Source of the DNA: a virus
Lineage: Duplodnaviria; Caudoviricetes
Length of the DNA: 44,975 bases
Direction: 5' to 3' (one strand)
IMG/VR virus record: IMGVR_UViG_3300005512_000073
Span: 1-44,975 of that record
Shown here: positions 36,270 to 44,961 of the stretch, piece by piece
Numbering within the stretch: the stretch's first letter is position 1
Layout of the letters: every line of letters begins with the position of its first letter
The notes under the pieces: model-generated
Database searches by the model: none
What the model was told of the DNA's origin: nothing
Seen by the model: the letters and a program-made list of their open reading frames with translations, nothing else
Made by a program: the position numbers and the translations under genes

Positions 36270-37112
36270 TCAAATAAAATCCTCTACTTCTTCAATCAAC
36301 ATTCTGCATCGTTTATCAACAAGGAATGGGAACACCTTACCTCGGTTGCCCCACTTGTCTTGTTCATCAAATCTATTTAGTATTTCTGATTTTACGAAAT
36401 CAGGTGCTTCAGACAAATCAATAAGTTTTTTGTTGCGACAATAGTTCCTATACACAGCCTCACCCATAGAGTTTAAATCCTCTGTGAGTTTTTCAATAGC
36501 CGTCTGTCGTAGTGGTGTTTGGCGAATACCTTCAACAAAACTATTATCAGGACTTAGAACGTTAGGTATACCATCAGACTGATCTCCTTTTAAGATCAAC
36601 TCTAATAGTTGTTTTCGTGGGTTTTTTTCAACAACCAATCCTTTTTTCATAGGCGAGTATTGATACACATTCTCATATTTCTGTAGCTGTGCAAAGTCTT
36701 TATCAGATGATACAATCATTACTTTTTCATACTCACCAAACTCCTGTGTCTTTTCTACAAGAGTAGCGATTATATCATCAGCTTCACACTTCTCAACTAA
36801 CAACGTCTTGTATGGGAAGTTTTCTGACAGTTCATCAAAGACTAGGTTAGTGATACGAAAGACTTCATTCCAATCTACATTAGATTTGTCTCTGTTCTCT
36901 GCACGTTTGAACTTATAGTTAGGAAACACATCCTTACGCCAGTTCTTACGTCCATCACCACAGATAACAATCTCACCATAAGTTTCTTTGAACTTATTTC
37001 TGTATAGTCTGATATTGTTTAGGATCAAATGTCTAAAGAGATCTTCGTTTAAATCATCTTTATTCTGAATAATACTACCAATAGCAACTGCATTATAATC
37101 TATTAATATAAT
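36270..37112 (-). CDS. rnh: T4-type RNase H / 5'-3' exonuclease with non-AUG start
   Basis: ILIDYN, WR...P.YK..R, EADD, SSDKDF.QL, GD.SDGIPN, N..LIDL. Confidence 0.93.
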   Translation of the reverse strand: MILIDYNAVAIGSIIQNKDDLNEDLFRHLILNNIRLYRNKFKETYGEIVICGDGRKNWRKDVFPNYKFKRAENRDKSNVDWNEVFRITNLVFDELSENFPYKTLLVEKCEADDIIATLVEKTQEFGEYEKVMIVSSDKDFAQLQKYENVYQYSPMKKGLVVEKNPRKQLLELILKGDQSDGIPNVLSPDNSFVEGIRQTPLRQTAIEKLTEDLNSMGEAVYRNYCRNKKLIDLSEAPDFVKSEILNRFDEQDKWGNRGKVFPFLVDKRCRMLIEEVEDFI

Positions 37113-37128
37113 CGTTTTTCTCCACCAA

Positions 37129-37189
37129 TATACTCACCCACCTCAAAAGGCATTATATTAATTATATACTATTTTTATGATTCGTCAAC
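37129..37189 (-). repeat. 60-bp promoter + G-rich element, copy 2
   Basis: Near-identical to 4494-4553. Confidence 0.85.
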
Positions 37190-37676
37190 TACTTTTTTTC
37201 TCCATCAATGCCATTGCTGCATCGTAGTCTTCCTGAGACACCACACCTTCACGTAGTAGCTTTTGTCTGTTTGCCATATGCTTCATTTCGATTTCTTCTT
37301 TTGAACCGCCAAAGTATGCAACTGCGTGACCTTCTTCGATCATCACATCTGTTACTTTCTCTTTCTTACCTTCGTAACGTTCTACATAAAAGTCACCAAG
37401 AATACGACCAAACTTACCTTTCATATCTTCGCCGTTCTTATCTTCTGTTGTGATGAGTTTAGCGTCTTTTTCGAGTAGCGAGTACAGTCTTTCCTTTGCA
37501 GCTGTACCAAATATCTTTTCAACTTTGTCGCTTGTTCTAGACTCAGGAGTATCGATACCCATGATGCGAACTCTTTCATCTTTAAGACAAACTCCAAATC
37601 CAAGATCGATGTCAACATCTACTGTATCGCCATCAACTACTTTTACTACTGTTACGTCATATTCATTTGTGTTCAT
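37185..37676 (-). CDS. Thermonuclease (SNase-like)
   Basis: VVDGDT, R..GIDTPE, GKFGRILG. Confidence 0.9.
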   Translation of the reverse strand: MNTNEYDVTVVKVVDGDTVDVDIDLGFGVCLKDERVRIMGIDTPESRTSDKVEKIFGTAAKERLYSLLEKDAKLITTEDKNGEDMKGKFGRILGDFYVERYEGKKEKVTDVMIEEGHAVAYFGGSKEEIEMKHMANRQKLLREGVVSQEDYDAAMALMEKKSS

Positions 37677-37678
37677 TT

Positions 37679-38086
37679 TTATTTTCCTATTATATGTTTT
37701 CGATGTATCTTACCACCGATAAAAGCATTATAATATTCATCAGGCTTCAAGAGCACATCTCTCTCCAACTGATATTTCATTTCATAGTAAGAACATTCTC
37801 CTTTTGTTTTGCATAGTTTTAATATTTCACGTTTAAAGTTGTCAGTACCCTTCTTTTCTACTAATAGCTTTACTTCGGTACTACTACCATAGTATTTACG
37901 CCAATCGCTCTCAGACCTGGTCCTAACAGCTCTCTTGCGTGTTTTAGTGACAGGAAGCCTCTTAGGTTTCCAAAAAAACTTCTTGCCAATATACTTCATT
38001 CCTGTGTCAAGTTCTGTGATTTCGTAGACAAAACCCTGATACTCTTCAGGTGTTTCATCAAACTCTTTATCATCATATATCCACAT
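37679..38086 (-). CDS. GIY-YIG-like endonuclease
   Basis: GFVY.IT.....KYIGKK, Y.GSS, F.REIL, E, YN. Confidence 0.8.
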   Translation of the reverse strand: MWIYDDKEFDETPEEYQGFVYEITELDTGMKYIGKKFFWKPKRLPVTKTRKRAVRTRSESDWRKYYGSSTEVKLLVEKKGTDNFKREILKLCKTKGECSYYEMKYQLERDVLLKPDEYYNAFIGGKIHRKHIIGK

Positions 38087-38117
38087 AAAAAAATAGCCCC
38101 TTTCAGGGCTATTTATA
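38087..38117 (-). terminator. nrdJ operon terminator overlapped by a late promoter and covering an SD
   Basis: AAATAGCCC-TGAAAG-GGGCTATTT-TTTT-ATG; TATAAATA at 38110-38117. Confidence 0.82.
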
Positions 38118-38252
38118 TCAGTCGTCTAAGACTTCGTATTCTAAGGGTGAACCACACATTGAACAGTATTGTGGTATCTCTTCGCTGCCAACTACAAGTA
38201 CCTGAGTTTCCGCTTCACAAGCTTCACACTCTGCCCAATATTCTTCTTCCAT
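38118..38252 (-). CDS. Small zinc-ribbon protein (44 aa)
   Basis: CEAC...CSMCG; SD AGGAG. Confidence 0.75.
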   Translation of the reverse strand: MEEEYWAECEACEAETQVLVVGSEEIPQYCSMCGSPLEYEVLDD

Positions 38253-38261
38253 GTATGCTCC

Positions 38262-40490
38262 TTAAAATGTTATTTCGCAAGCCCCACCTTGACATGCGAT
38301 TGCGCCCATTGTATCTATGTCGGTAAATCGCTTTTCGTCTAGTTCTGATGTGAAGTCTACTGATTGAATATTTTGTTGTATCTTCTCCCACTTATGTAGC
38401 AAAAACACATCTTTGAGACAATATTCAGTTTCCTTCATGTCACCCATAAAGTAGTTATCTGCGAACTTATTGAAACGGCGAATCCACTCAGCACGGATAT
38501 CAGAAACTTCCCCTTGGAACTCAGGAGACATTTGGGCGACTTGAGTAGCTTCCCATAAATCACGGAATCCTTGCTTACGAGTATCAACGATTAGACCAGA
38601 TGCGAACAATGCGCCTTTACCATATTGTGCGACGATTTGTTCTTCGGTCTTAACTTCGGTCATCGGTGCTTGAGCAAAGTCTTTATCACCAGACCCAGCC
38701 AAGAAACTAATACCAGCGAAACTATGGCGGTTGTCATAAACATAATCTTCTACCTCTGACCACTGATGTGGCATTACTGTCACTGTATTTGACACATTGT
38801 GGCGTGTCTTTGGGTTTACACATAGTTCTACATTTGTACCTGCTTCTACCCAGTTGTTTTGAACAAGCTTTACTTTTTCTAATAGGTTCTTACCATATAG
38901 TTCATCACGATATAGTGAACCCTCAGGTGAAATGATTGGGAACGCAACACAATAATCTGTGCCATTAGCAGACCACACTGACTCTTCAACCATGTATGGG
39001 TTTGTCTTTGCTATTAGCTGACCAACCTCTGTCTCTTTGTTTAGTTGAATATGACGGAGATAACGAGGAGAATGCTCAGCATGTATACCGCTCGCCGTTT
39101 GGAGTAGAACGGAAGCATTTCCAGATGGCTTAACACACGTTGTTCTAGCTGCCGCATTGATTCCGATAAGTTTTGCAACTGTTTTGTTAACTTGTTTGAC
39201 AATTTGTGCTCCTTCCTTTTGCACTTCCTCATCTAGTAAAACTTCTGGATTATTCATCCAACCAGTAATAGAAACACCTAAGAGTGCTTCCCTAGCAAAG
39301 ATTTCTTTAGAAGTTCCGCTGAGGTATTTGAAGTCTGTGTATCCTGCTTGGAGAGTTCCCATGATTGCTCCTGCTCTACAGGCTTTGAAGAACTCTTCTT
39401 TTGAGGTACATTTTCCACCATTGATTTCTGTGAGGTTGCATCCTTGCCATCCAGATTCTCCATTGATCTGAGGATACATTCCAATCTCAACACAAGGGTT
39501 CGTAGTGATATCTCTGTCGTCAACAAAGAAGAAACCTGGTTCTCCAAACTCTTTGATTGATCCCATGATTCTCTTAAAGTCTTCTTTAGATATTTCATCT
39601 CTAACAATAACAGCACTATTGTTACTGCGGCCCCGCTGAGGATTATCGATAAACCAATTACCAGTTTTAGCATTAATCATCTCCACATCGTTTGGTGAAA
39701 AGAGACAGATGGTAGCTGATCTACGGACCCCACCTGCAAGAACTGCATCAGCAGCATGCATAGCAATGTCGTATACGTCAATAGGACGCAAACGTGTTTC
39801 ACCCTTAAGAACACGAGATTGAATCAAGTGTTCGATTTTATCTAATGATCTACGTAGTGGCTCTGGTCCTGGTGCTTTAAATCCACCATTGATCATAGCA
39901 CCCTTTGGACGTACATGCTGTAGATCAAAATATACTTTACGCCCTTCCATTTCTGGGAACTGACCACCACCTACAAAGTATGATGACATAAGAGCACCCA
40001 AGGCATCTGCCCATCCTTCGATTGAATCTTCAACGACCCAACCCTTTGCTTGTTTCTTACGTTCTGCGATGTTAGGTAACTTAGCTACGTGATGTTCTTG
40101 CACTGAGAAGCCAGCTCCTGCGCCACAAAGTAGCACGTAGAACAATTCTGAAAAGAAGCGAGGTCTATCAGCATAAGTCGAAGTACAGTTGTACATACGC
40201 ATTTGATGCTTCTTTAGTTGATCTCCACCAAACTGTAAGGCTCGTTGCGCACCAAGTGCATATTGTAGTTTGTATAAGGATTCAGCTTCATCGATTAAAT
40301 GAGCGAGATCAGGTGTCATTTTGTCTTTGTAATATTCACGATGCATATTCATGACACGTGTTACGGCTTCTTCCCAAGTCTCGTAACGTTCTTTTTCCTC
40401 ATCCCATCTACTATAACCTTCGTAAAACTTTGTTTGTGACATTAACTCACGTGTATCTCTATCTCTATTGTTCGGGACAAGTTTGAGCAT
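38262..40490 (-). CDS. nrdJ: Class II adenosylcobalamin-dependent ribonucleotide reductase (monomeric RTPR-like)
   Basis: NC, GGVRRSA, TNPC.EI, CNL, VKPSG and C-terminal C.GG.C; no small-subunit gene adjacent. Confidence 0.9.
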   Translation of the reverse strand: MLKLVPNNRDRDTRELMSQTKFYEGYSRWDEEKERYETWEEAVTRVMNMHREYYKDKMTPDLAHLIDEAESLYKLQYALGAQRALQFGGDQLKKHQMRMYNCTSTYADRPRFFSELFYVLLCGAGAGFSVQEHHVAKLPNIAERKKQAKGWVVEDSIEGWADALGALMSSYFVGGGQFPEMEGRKVYFDLQHVRPKGAMINGGFKAPGPEPLRRSLDKIEHLIQSRVLKGETRLRPIDVYDIAMHAADAVLAGGVRRSATICLFSPNDVEMINAKTGNWFIDNPQRGRSNNSAVIVRDEISKEDFKRIMGSIKEFGEPGFFFVDDRDITTNPCVEIGMYPQINGESGWQGCNLTEINGGKCTSKEEFFKACRAGAIMGTLQAGYTDFKYLSGTSKEIFAREALLGVSITGWMNNPEVLLDEEVQKEGAQIVKQVNKTVAKLIGINAAARTTCVKPSGNASVLLQTASGIHAEHSPRYLRHIQLNKETEVGQLIAKTNPYMVEESVWSANGTDYCVAFPIISPEGSLYRDELYGKNLLEKVKLVQNNWVEAGTNVELCVNPKTRHNVSNTVTVMPHQWSEVEDYVYDNRHSFAGISFLAGSGDKDFAQAPMTEVKTEEQIVAQYGKGALFASGLIVDTRKQGFRDLWEATQVAQMSPEFQGEVSDIRAEWIRRFNKFADNYFMGDMKETEYCLKDVFLLHKWEKIQQNIQSVDFTSELDEKRFTDIDTMGAIACQGGACEITF

Positions 40491-40522
40491 TTATGCATCT
40501 CCTAAATGTAAAAAAAGTTTAT

Positions 40523-40616
40523 GCCACAAATCCGTATGATTCATGGCTTATTAATGATATATTCTTTGATTGGTGTATTATATAGTATTAGAAATATTCT
40601 TGCAACAATATATTGT
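40523..40616 (-). promoter_or_regulatory. nrdJ promoter, candidate NrdR boxes and leader hairpin
   Basis: TTGCAA-17-TATAAT; palindrome ACAATATATTGT at 40605-40616; 10-bp hairpin at 40523-40547. Confidence 0.65.
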
Positions 40617-40635
40617 AACAAGTAGTAATATTTTT

Positions 40636-41007
40636 TTAACTATCTTCTTTGGGTTCTTTTGGCGTATCTGTCAAGGCTTCTTCGTAGTATCCAATGATCG
40701 CTTGTTGATCTTTTACATACCTACGTAGTTCTGCGATACCCAAAGCAAGATTTTCATAACCCTTTGGGGTAATAGCAAACAATACTACATTCCCAGTCTT
40801 GCTATTAATTTCTTCTAGTTTTTGTTCTAGGTTTTCTTCAGTAACGACAAACCAATCCACTGGCGGAAACTCCACAGCCTTAGGACGTTCTTGGATTGGA
40901 ATATTTTGTTTCTGATATTCAGTCTGAAGAACTACTTCCGTCTCTGGCGCTCTCGCTCCGCATGCTGCTATCGTCAACAGGCTCATCGCTAGGAGGGGTA
41001 GTTTCAG
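40636..41007 (-). CDS. o-spanin (Rz1-like lipoprotein)
   Basis: Lipobox LTIAAC, Pro-rich linker, C-terminal helix; overlaps the 3' end of the i-spanin. Start uncertain. Confidence 0.75.
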   Translation of the reverse strand: MKLPLLAMSLLTIAACGARAPETEVVLQTEYQKQNIPIQERPKAVEFPPVDWFVVTEENLEQKLEEINSKTGNVVLFAITPKGYENLALGIAELRRYVKDQQAIIGYYEEALTDTPKEPKEDS

Positions 41008-41368
41008 ATTCGATACGATTGATGAGTTTTCCGACTGCTGCGTTAACTCTGTCTTCAAGTCCTTGTGCATTGGTTAATGCCTCCATAGTCAAGTCTATCT
41101 TTGCAAACACACCTCTGAGTTTGTCTAGGTGCTCTTGCGATTGTTGTAGTCTTTTAGTAAGATTACGATTGAGTTCTTCGTTCTTTTTTGCATCCGCTTG
41201 CATTTGCTCTACGGTATTCTGTAGAGTTTCTGCAGCTGTCTTTAACTTCACGTTATTTTCTCTGAGTGTTCCAATAGTCTCTTGTGACCACATGTAATAG
41301 GAATACCCTGCGTATCCTACACCACTCATCAAACTGATTAAAAATAATATAAGATATAATCTAGCCAT
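40919..41368 (-). CDS. i-spanin (Rz-like)
   Basis: N-terminal TM helix followed by a long coiled coil. Confidence 0.75.
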   Translation of the reverse strand: MARLYLILFLISLMSGVGYAGYSYYMWSQETIGTLRENNVKLKTAAETLQNTVEQMQADAKKNEELNRNLTKRLQQSQEHLDKLRGVFAKIDLTMEALTNAQGLEDRVNAAVGKLINRIESETTPPSDEPVDDSSMRSESARDGSSSSD

Positions 41369-41571
41369 TACTTTTCTAAATGATTCCTAAACTTTTTGAG
41401 TAGTTTTGGAGTCTTGTCCTTTTTGCGCCTACGATCAGTGACGTTGATAGGCAAACCTATTTTACGTCTTAGTATATGCATGGGAAACCTTTTAGGTGGC
41501 CCCATGTTCTTTGTGTCTTGTGGGATGCCTGCATCTGCTGCGGTCATCATTTCTTCTTTTAGTTCGCTCAT
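41368..41571 (-). CDS. Small head-associated hypothetical protein
   Basis: LKEE-like protease site, basic C-terminus. Confidence 0.55.
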   Translation of the reverse strand: MSELKEEMMTAADAGIPQDTKNMGPPKRFPMHILRRKIGLPINVTDRRRKKDKTPKLLKKFRNHLEK

Positions 41572-42170
41572 CTTGCGAGTTCTCCTACGGACACATAAAC
41601 GGTCTTGTTGGTTCTTACATGAGTTGCTTCGTAGATATTTATACCAAACATAGTTCCGACAGGATAACAGCCATCTTCAATACGAATCTTATCTCTTGCA
41701 TTGACCATTTCATCTAGCGTGTCATTCAATAGCTTTTCACTAAGAACTTTGTACACTCCAGGTGTTAATCTATCATCTTCTAGCACAAACCATTGACTGC
41801 TTTCATTTAAAAAGTCGTTTTCAGCGCATCCAAAGTGTTTATGAGTTGCCTCATTAAGTTTGTTTGGCGGAATACTAAACTTTTCTTTGAGTAGATAAAG
41901 TGCAGCTGCATAGGATGCTAGTCTACTCCCACCACCAGGAGCCTTTGCCATAATCTTTTTTATATTAAAAACAAGTCTATGAAATGGCGTATAGAAGTTT
42001 CGATAGTTGTCTCGGTCTTCCATATTATCTAGTGTGAAAGACCTTTGACGTTTACCATCCTTGTCGATAATACCAAGCTTGAATGCTTCAGTTTCTTCGA
42101 ATGGCGTAGTAAGTAATCTCAAAAATCTAAAGGTGTATACTAGATCACCTGCTCTTTTGACGATGCCCAT
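41568..42170 (-). CDS. Conserved T4-like virion-associated protein
   Basis: F...L..PF....A..LGIID..G, YT.FHRLVFN.K, YAAAL.L.KE. Confidence 0.75.
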   Translation of the reverse strand: MGIVKRAGDLVYTFRFLRLLTTPFEETEAFKLGIIDKDGKRQRSFTLDNMEDRDNYRNFYTPFHRLVFNIKKIMAKAPGGGSRLASYAAALYLLKEKFSIPPNKLNEATHKHFGCAENDFLNESSQWFVLEDDRLTPGVYKVLSEKLLNDTLDEMVNARDKIRIEDGCYPVGTMFGINIYEATHVRTNKTVYVSVGELAR

Positions 42171-42538
42171 TATATTTTCCTCAGTCTTTCTATTACCTTT
42201 TTATCCATTTCGATTTCTGTGTACTGATCATTATGTATGTGTCTTAAGAATATTAGAAACGGCTTCAAGGCTGGCCAATACTTTTCATCCATGTGATATT
42301 CTAACATTTTTAAAGAGGGTTGTATATCAAAAACATTGAATATCACGATTAAGTGATTTAATATCAACCTTTCAGACAACTCGCCTGTATTTTTATAACG
42401 ATTGAATAGACGCTTCAAGTACATGAATCTTCTCAGATCATCATAAAACTCATCAGCGTCTATCACATTTGGTTTGTAGTAATGCTTTGCAGCATATAAC
42501 AAAATATTATCATCAGTTAGGTTATCAAAGAGTTGCAT
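42170..42538 (-). CDS. Conserved T4-like hypothetical protein
   Basis: YA.K.Y..P....EF..DL.RF.Y.KRL and RLILNH...NVF. Confidence 0.8.
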   Translation of the reverse strand: MQLFDNLTDDNILLYAAKHYYKPNVIDADEFYDDLRRFMYLKRLFNRYKNTGELSERLILNHLIVIFNVFDIQPSLKMLEYHMDEKYWPALKPFLIFLRHIHNDQYTEIEMDKKVIERLRKI

Positions 42539-42567
42539 TTTTCATCCAAATAATAATCGGTTCGATT

Positions 42568-42930
42568 TTATTTAGACAATAGATTTCTCATAGTTTCAAC
42601 TAAAGCTGCCTTTGATTGACGACGATCTAACTCTACTCCATGTTCACGACCAAGTGCCTCTAGTTCTAGTTTAGTCATAGACTCTAGATCATCCATAGGC
42701 TTATCAGTTTCTACTTCCTGAGCAGCTTCCCACGCAGCCATTGAAGCTTCGATCTTACCTTCTTGGTTTATATCTTGAATATCTTCAAAGCTAGGAACAC
42801 CGTAGAACTCATCAACCTGTGCTTGTGTGAACCTAGATGATACTAATAGTTCACCTGAGTTAGGATCAACCCATCCACGTCTTGCTTCAGGGACTGCTGT
42901 ATTACACCATGCAGGGGCTTTGATAGGCAT
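42568..42930 (-). CDS. Protein with C-terminal HeH/Rho-N-like domain
   Basis: L..MTK.EL...GR..G.EL.....K..L. Confidence 0.6.
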   Translation of the reverse strand: MPIKAPAWCNTAVPEARRGWVDPNSGELLVSSRFTQAQVDEFYGVPSFEDIQDINQEGKIEASMAAWEAAQEVETDKPMDDLESMTKLELEALGREHGVELDRRQSKAALVETMRNLLSK

Positions 42931-43896
42931 TTACTTTCCTTTCATTGGGGTTGCAGAAGGGATTACTTTCTTGTCACCTTTCATGTTATCACCTGGACGT
43001 GCCTTGGCAGATGGTCCTACACGACCTGCCTTTGAAACATCGTCATGACCTTTTTCATCATCGTTGTTAATCTTTTTTGGTTGATTAACCATATCCATAG
43101 CGCCCTTAGATGACTTAGAGTTGTCCATCATTCCTTCAGGCGGTGTTGCACCTTTGTAATGCTTTGCACGTTCTTCAAGAATACGTGCATACACAGGTGG
43201 TAGAACAGATTCTTTAAATAATTTTGTAATATCAGCACCTGAGACGTAATCGGGTAGCATCTTTTCTAAATCATCACGTGTTACTTTCGGCATTTTTGCT
43301 ACTTTAGAAGCAAAGGCTTTCATTGTTTTTGATTTCATCATTTTAGATGAAATCTCTTTTCCAGTTGCTTCATCAAGATCAAAAGATTCATTAGCCATTG
43401 TCTCTGCCTCAGCTTTCTTATCTTTTTCTTTCTTAGGATTCATGATGACTTCTTCTTCGTCCATCTTTTTCTTTTCTTTATCCCAAGGTGCTTTCTTCAA
43501 TGACACTTTATCTTTTGGCTGTGCTTTAACATTTGCCAATGCTCTACGTGCCATTTTAGCAGAAATAGTTGCTTCGTCTAAATCTACATCCTCTTTGTAG
43601 CTTTCCATCTTAATCCAGTTCTTACCTTCAGCGTTATATGCATCATACATGCAACTTTCACTCTTAGGTTCGCCAAACTTGTCACCACAGTTCTTGCAGC
43701 ACATTTCTGACATATCTTTTTCTTCGTTCTTCATGGCTTTGCCAATCGCTTTACGGCGTTTTGCTAGATACTCATCTGATGAATCTTTGTCGCCATCGTT
43801 ATCAATGTCGCCATCTTCTTGACCTACAGGGTCTAGTTTTTTCTTTTCGTTGACTTCAGAATATTTCTCAGCCAACCTTCTGATCCATTCGCTCAT
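42931..43896 (-). CDS. Charged prohead-core/internal head protein-like
   Basis: K/E/D/M-rich; repeated DLDEAT and other (I/L/V)xE sites; D.D.DGD.D..D.YL motif. Confidence 0.6.
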   Translation of the reverse strand: MSEWIRRLAEKYSEVNEKKKLDPVGQEDGDIDNDGDKDSSDEYLAKRRKAIGKAMKNEEKDMSEMCCKNCGDKFGEPKSESCMYDAYNAEGKNWIKMESYKEDVDLDEATISAKMARRALANVKAQPKDKVSLKKAPWDKEKKKMDEEEVIMNPKKEKDKKAEAETMANESFDLDEATGKEISSKMMKSKTMKAFASKVAKMPKVTRDDLEKMLPDYVSGADITKLFKESVLPPVYARILEERAKHYKGATPPEGMMDNSKSSKGAMDMVNQPKKINNDDEKGHDDVSKAGRVGPSAKARPGDNMKGDKKVIPSATPMKGK

Positions 43897-43906
43897 TGTG
43901 TTCTCC

Positions 43907-44185
43907 TTACATCCAAAGTTGAGCTGCGATTGATCCTGATGCAGCAACGATTGCAACCCAGAATAGTTTATTGATTGTAGAAACTACACGATGGTTGTCT
44001 TCTACTTTTTTCTCTATCTCATCAAGCTTCTGTGAGAATCTATTCATTCTCTCATAAGAACGATCATGGTCTTCTTTAAGACCTGCAAGTTTTTCTTCTG
44101 CACGTGCCATAGCAACCATTGCCTCAGCAAGCTGATCTAGTTTATTCTCTATTCGATCTAGTCTTGTACCAGTAGTTTCTGCCAT
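43907..44185 (-). CDS. Coiled-coil + C-terminal TM protein (XhlA/holin-like)
   Basis: RLDRIE.KLD.L heptads and a terminal TM helix. Confidence 0.55.
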   Translation of the reverse strand: MAETTGTRLDRIENKLDQLAEAMVAMARAEEKLAGLKEDHDRSYERMNRFSQKLDEIEKKVEDNHRVVSTINKLFWVAIVAASGSIAAQLWM

Positions 44186-44211
44186 CTCAGTTTCCCATTA
44201 GATTTATACTA

Positions 44212-44219
44212 TATTTATA
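44212..44219 (-). promoter_or_regulatory. T4 late promoter
   Basis: TATAAATA at the gene junction; variant TATAAATC at 44201-44208. Confidence 0.75.
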
Positions 44220-44961
44220 AGTTTATTTTGTTGTCTAATAATACGATATCAAATGCGGCTGTGATCCTTGCATTGTTTGATCTAACAGCAGCCCTTACAT
44301 CAATGTCAGATTTTTCGGGGATTTTTATTGGTATCGAAAACGGATAAAAATATTGACCACCACTCCCTGTAACCTCAAAAGAATGACCAACTCTAAAAGC
44401 ATCTTGACCAAAGTATCTGACAAACATATCACCTGTTGCATCAGCGTTCCCTGCAACGGTCATAGTACCTTGCATAATATAAGCGGTCTTACCTTTAGGT
44501 ACAGTGTATACAGCCATAAGTGTCTGACCTTTACCTGCCGTGATACGTGCAATAGTGGTTCCACCAGCTGCACCATACTCAATATCAATATTGCCTACAT
44601 TAGTACCACTAGTAGTAAACGCTCGATTGACTCTTATGAACTCAACTGTACCTAATGTATCTGCACCGCTAATAGTAATAGTATCTTCAGCAGGTTCATA
44701 GTTTGCGTCAAGTCCTTGAACAACTACTACTTTACCCTCATCCGCAACATTATTACGTTCAATATTTACAACTGCCGCTGCACTATATGCACTCCAAGGA
44801 TACAGGGTGTCATTTACATCCCACACAGATCCTGATTGGTTCTGAGACATGGAAGGTGTCGCACCAAACTTATGATTGAAAGAAGCACCTGCAATAACAC
44901 CTGCAGCTAACTGAATACGTTCTGCCAATACTGTGTTGTCTAGATACCTCGTAACAGCCAT
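44215..44961 (-). CDS. Beta-rich putative virion structural protein
   Basis: KFG, GLD.NY, F.RVNRA, GQT.MA.YTVP.G, EKSDI; in the late region. Confidence 0.6.
   Translation of the reverse strand: MAVTRYLDNTVLAERIQLAAGVIAGASFNHKFGATPSMSQNQSGSVWDVNDTLYPWSAYSAAAVVNIERNNVADEGKVVVVQGLDANYEPAEDTITISGADTLGTVEFIRVNRAFTTSGTNVGNIDIEYGAAGGTTIARITAGKGQTLMAVYTVPKGKTAYIMQGTMTVAGNADATGDMFVRYFGQDAFRVGHSFEVTGSGGQYFYPFSIPIKIPEKSDIDVRAAVRSNNARITAAFDIVLLDNKINL

Noticed and set aside
38262-40490. Intron or intein in nrdJ linked to the neighbouring GIY-YIG gene
   Set aside because: The ORF is continuous, of normal length and without intein motifs; the nuclease is free-standing.
26089-41643. Intragenic TATAAATA at 26089, 31606 and 41636 as late promoters
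   Set aside because: Several chance hits per strand are expected at this AT content. They are correctly oriented but unsupported without TSS data.
1101-44655. Many short antisense or nested ORFs in the track (e.g. 7620-7985, 15201-15506, 16130-16516, 39157-39471, 40896-41297)
   Set aside because: They shadow well-supported genes and have no SD or recognisable motifs.
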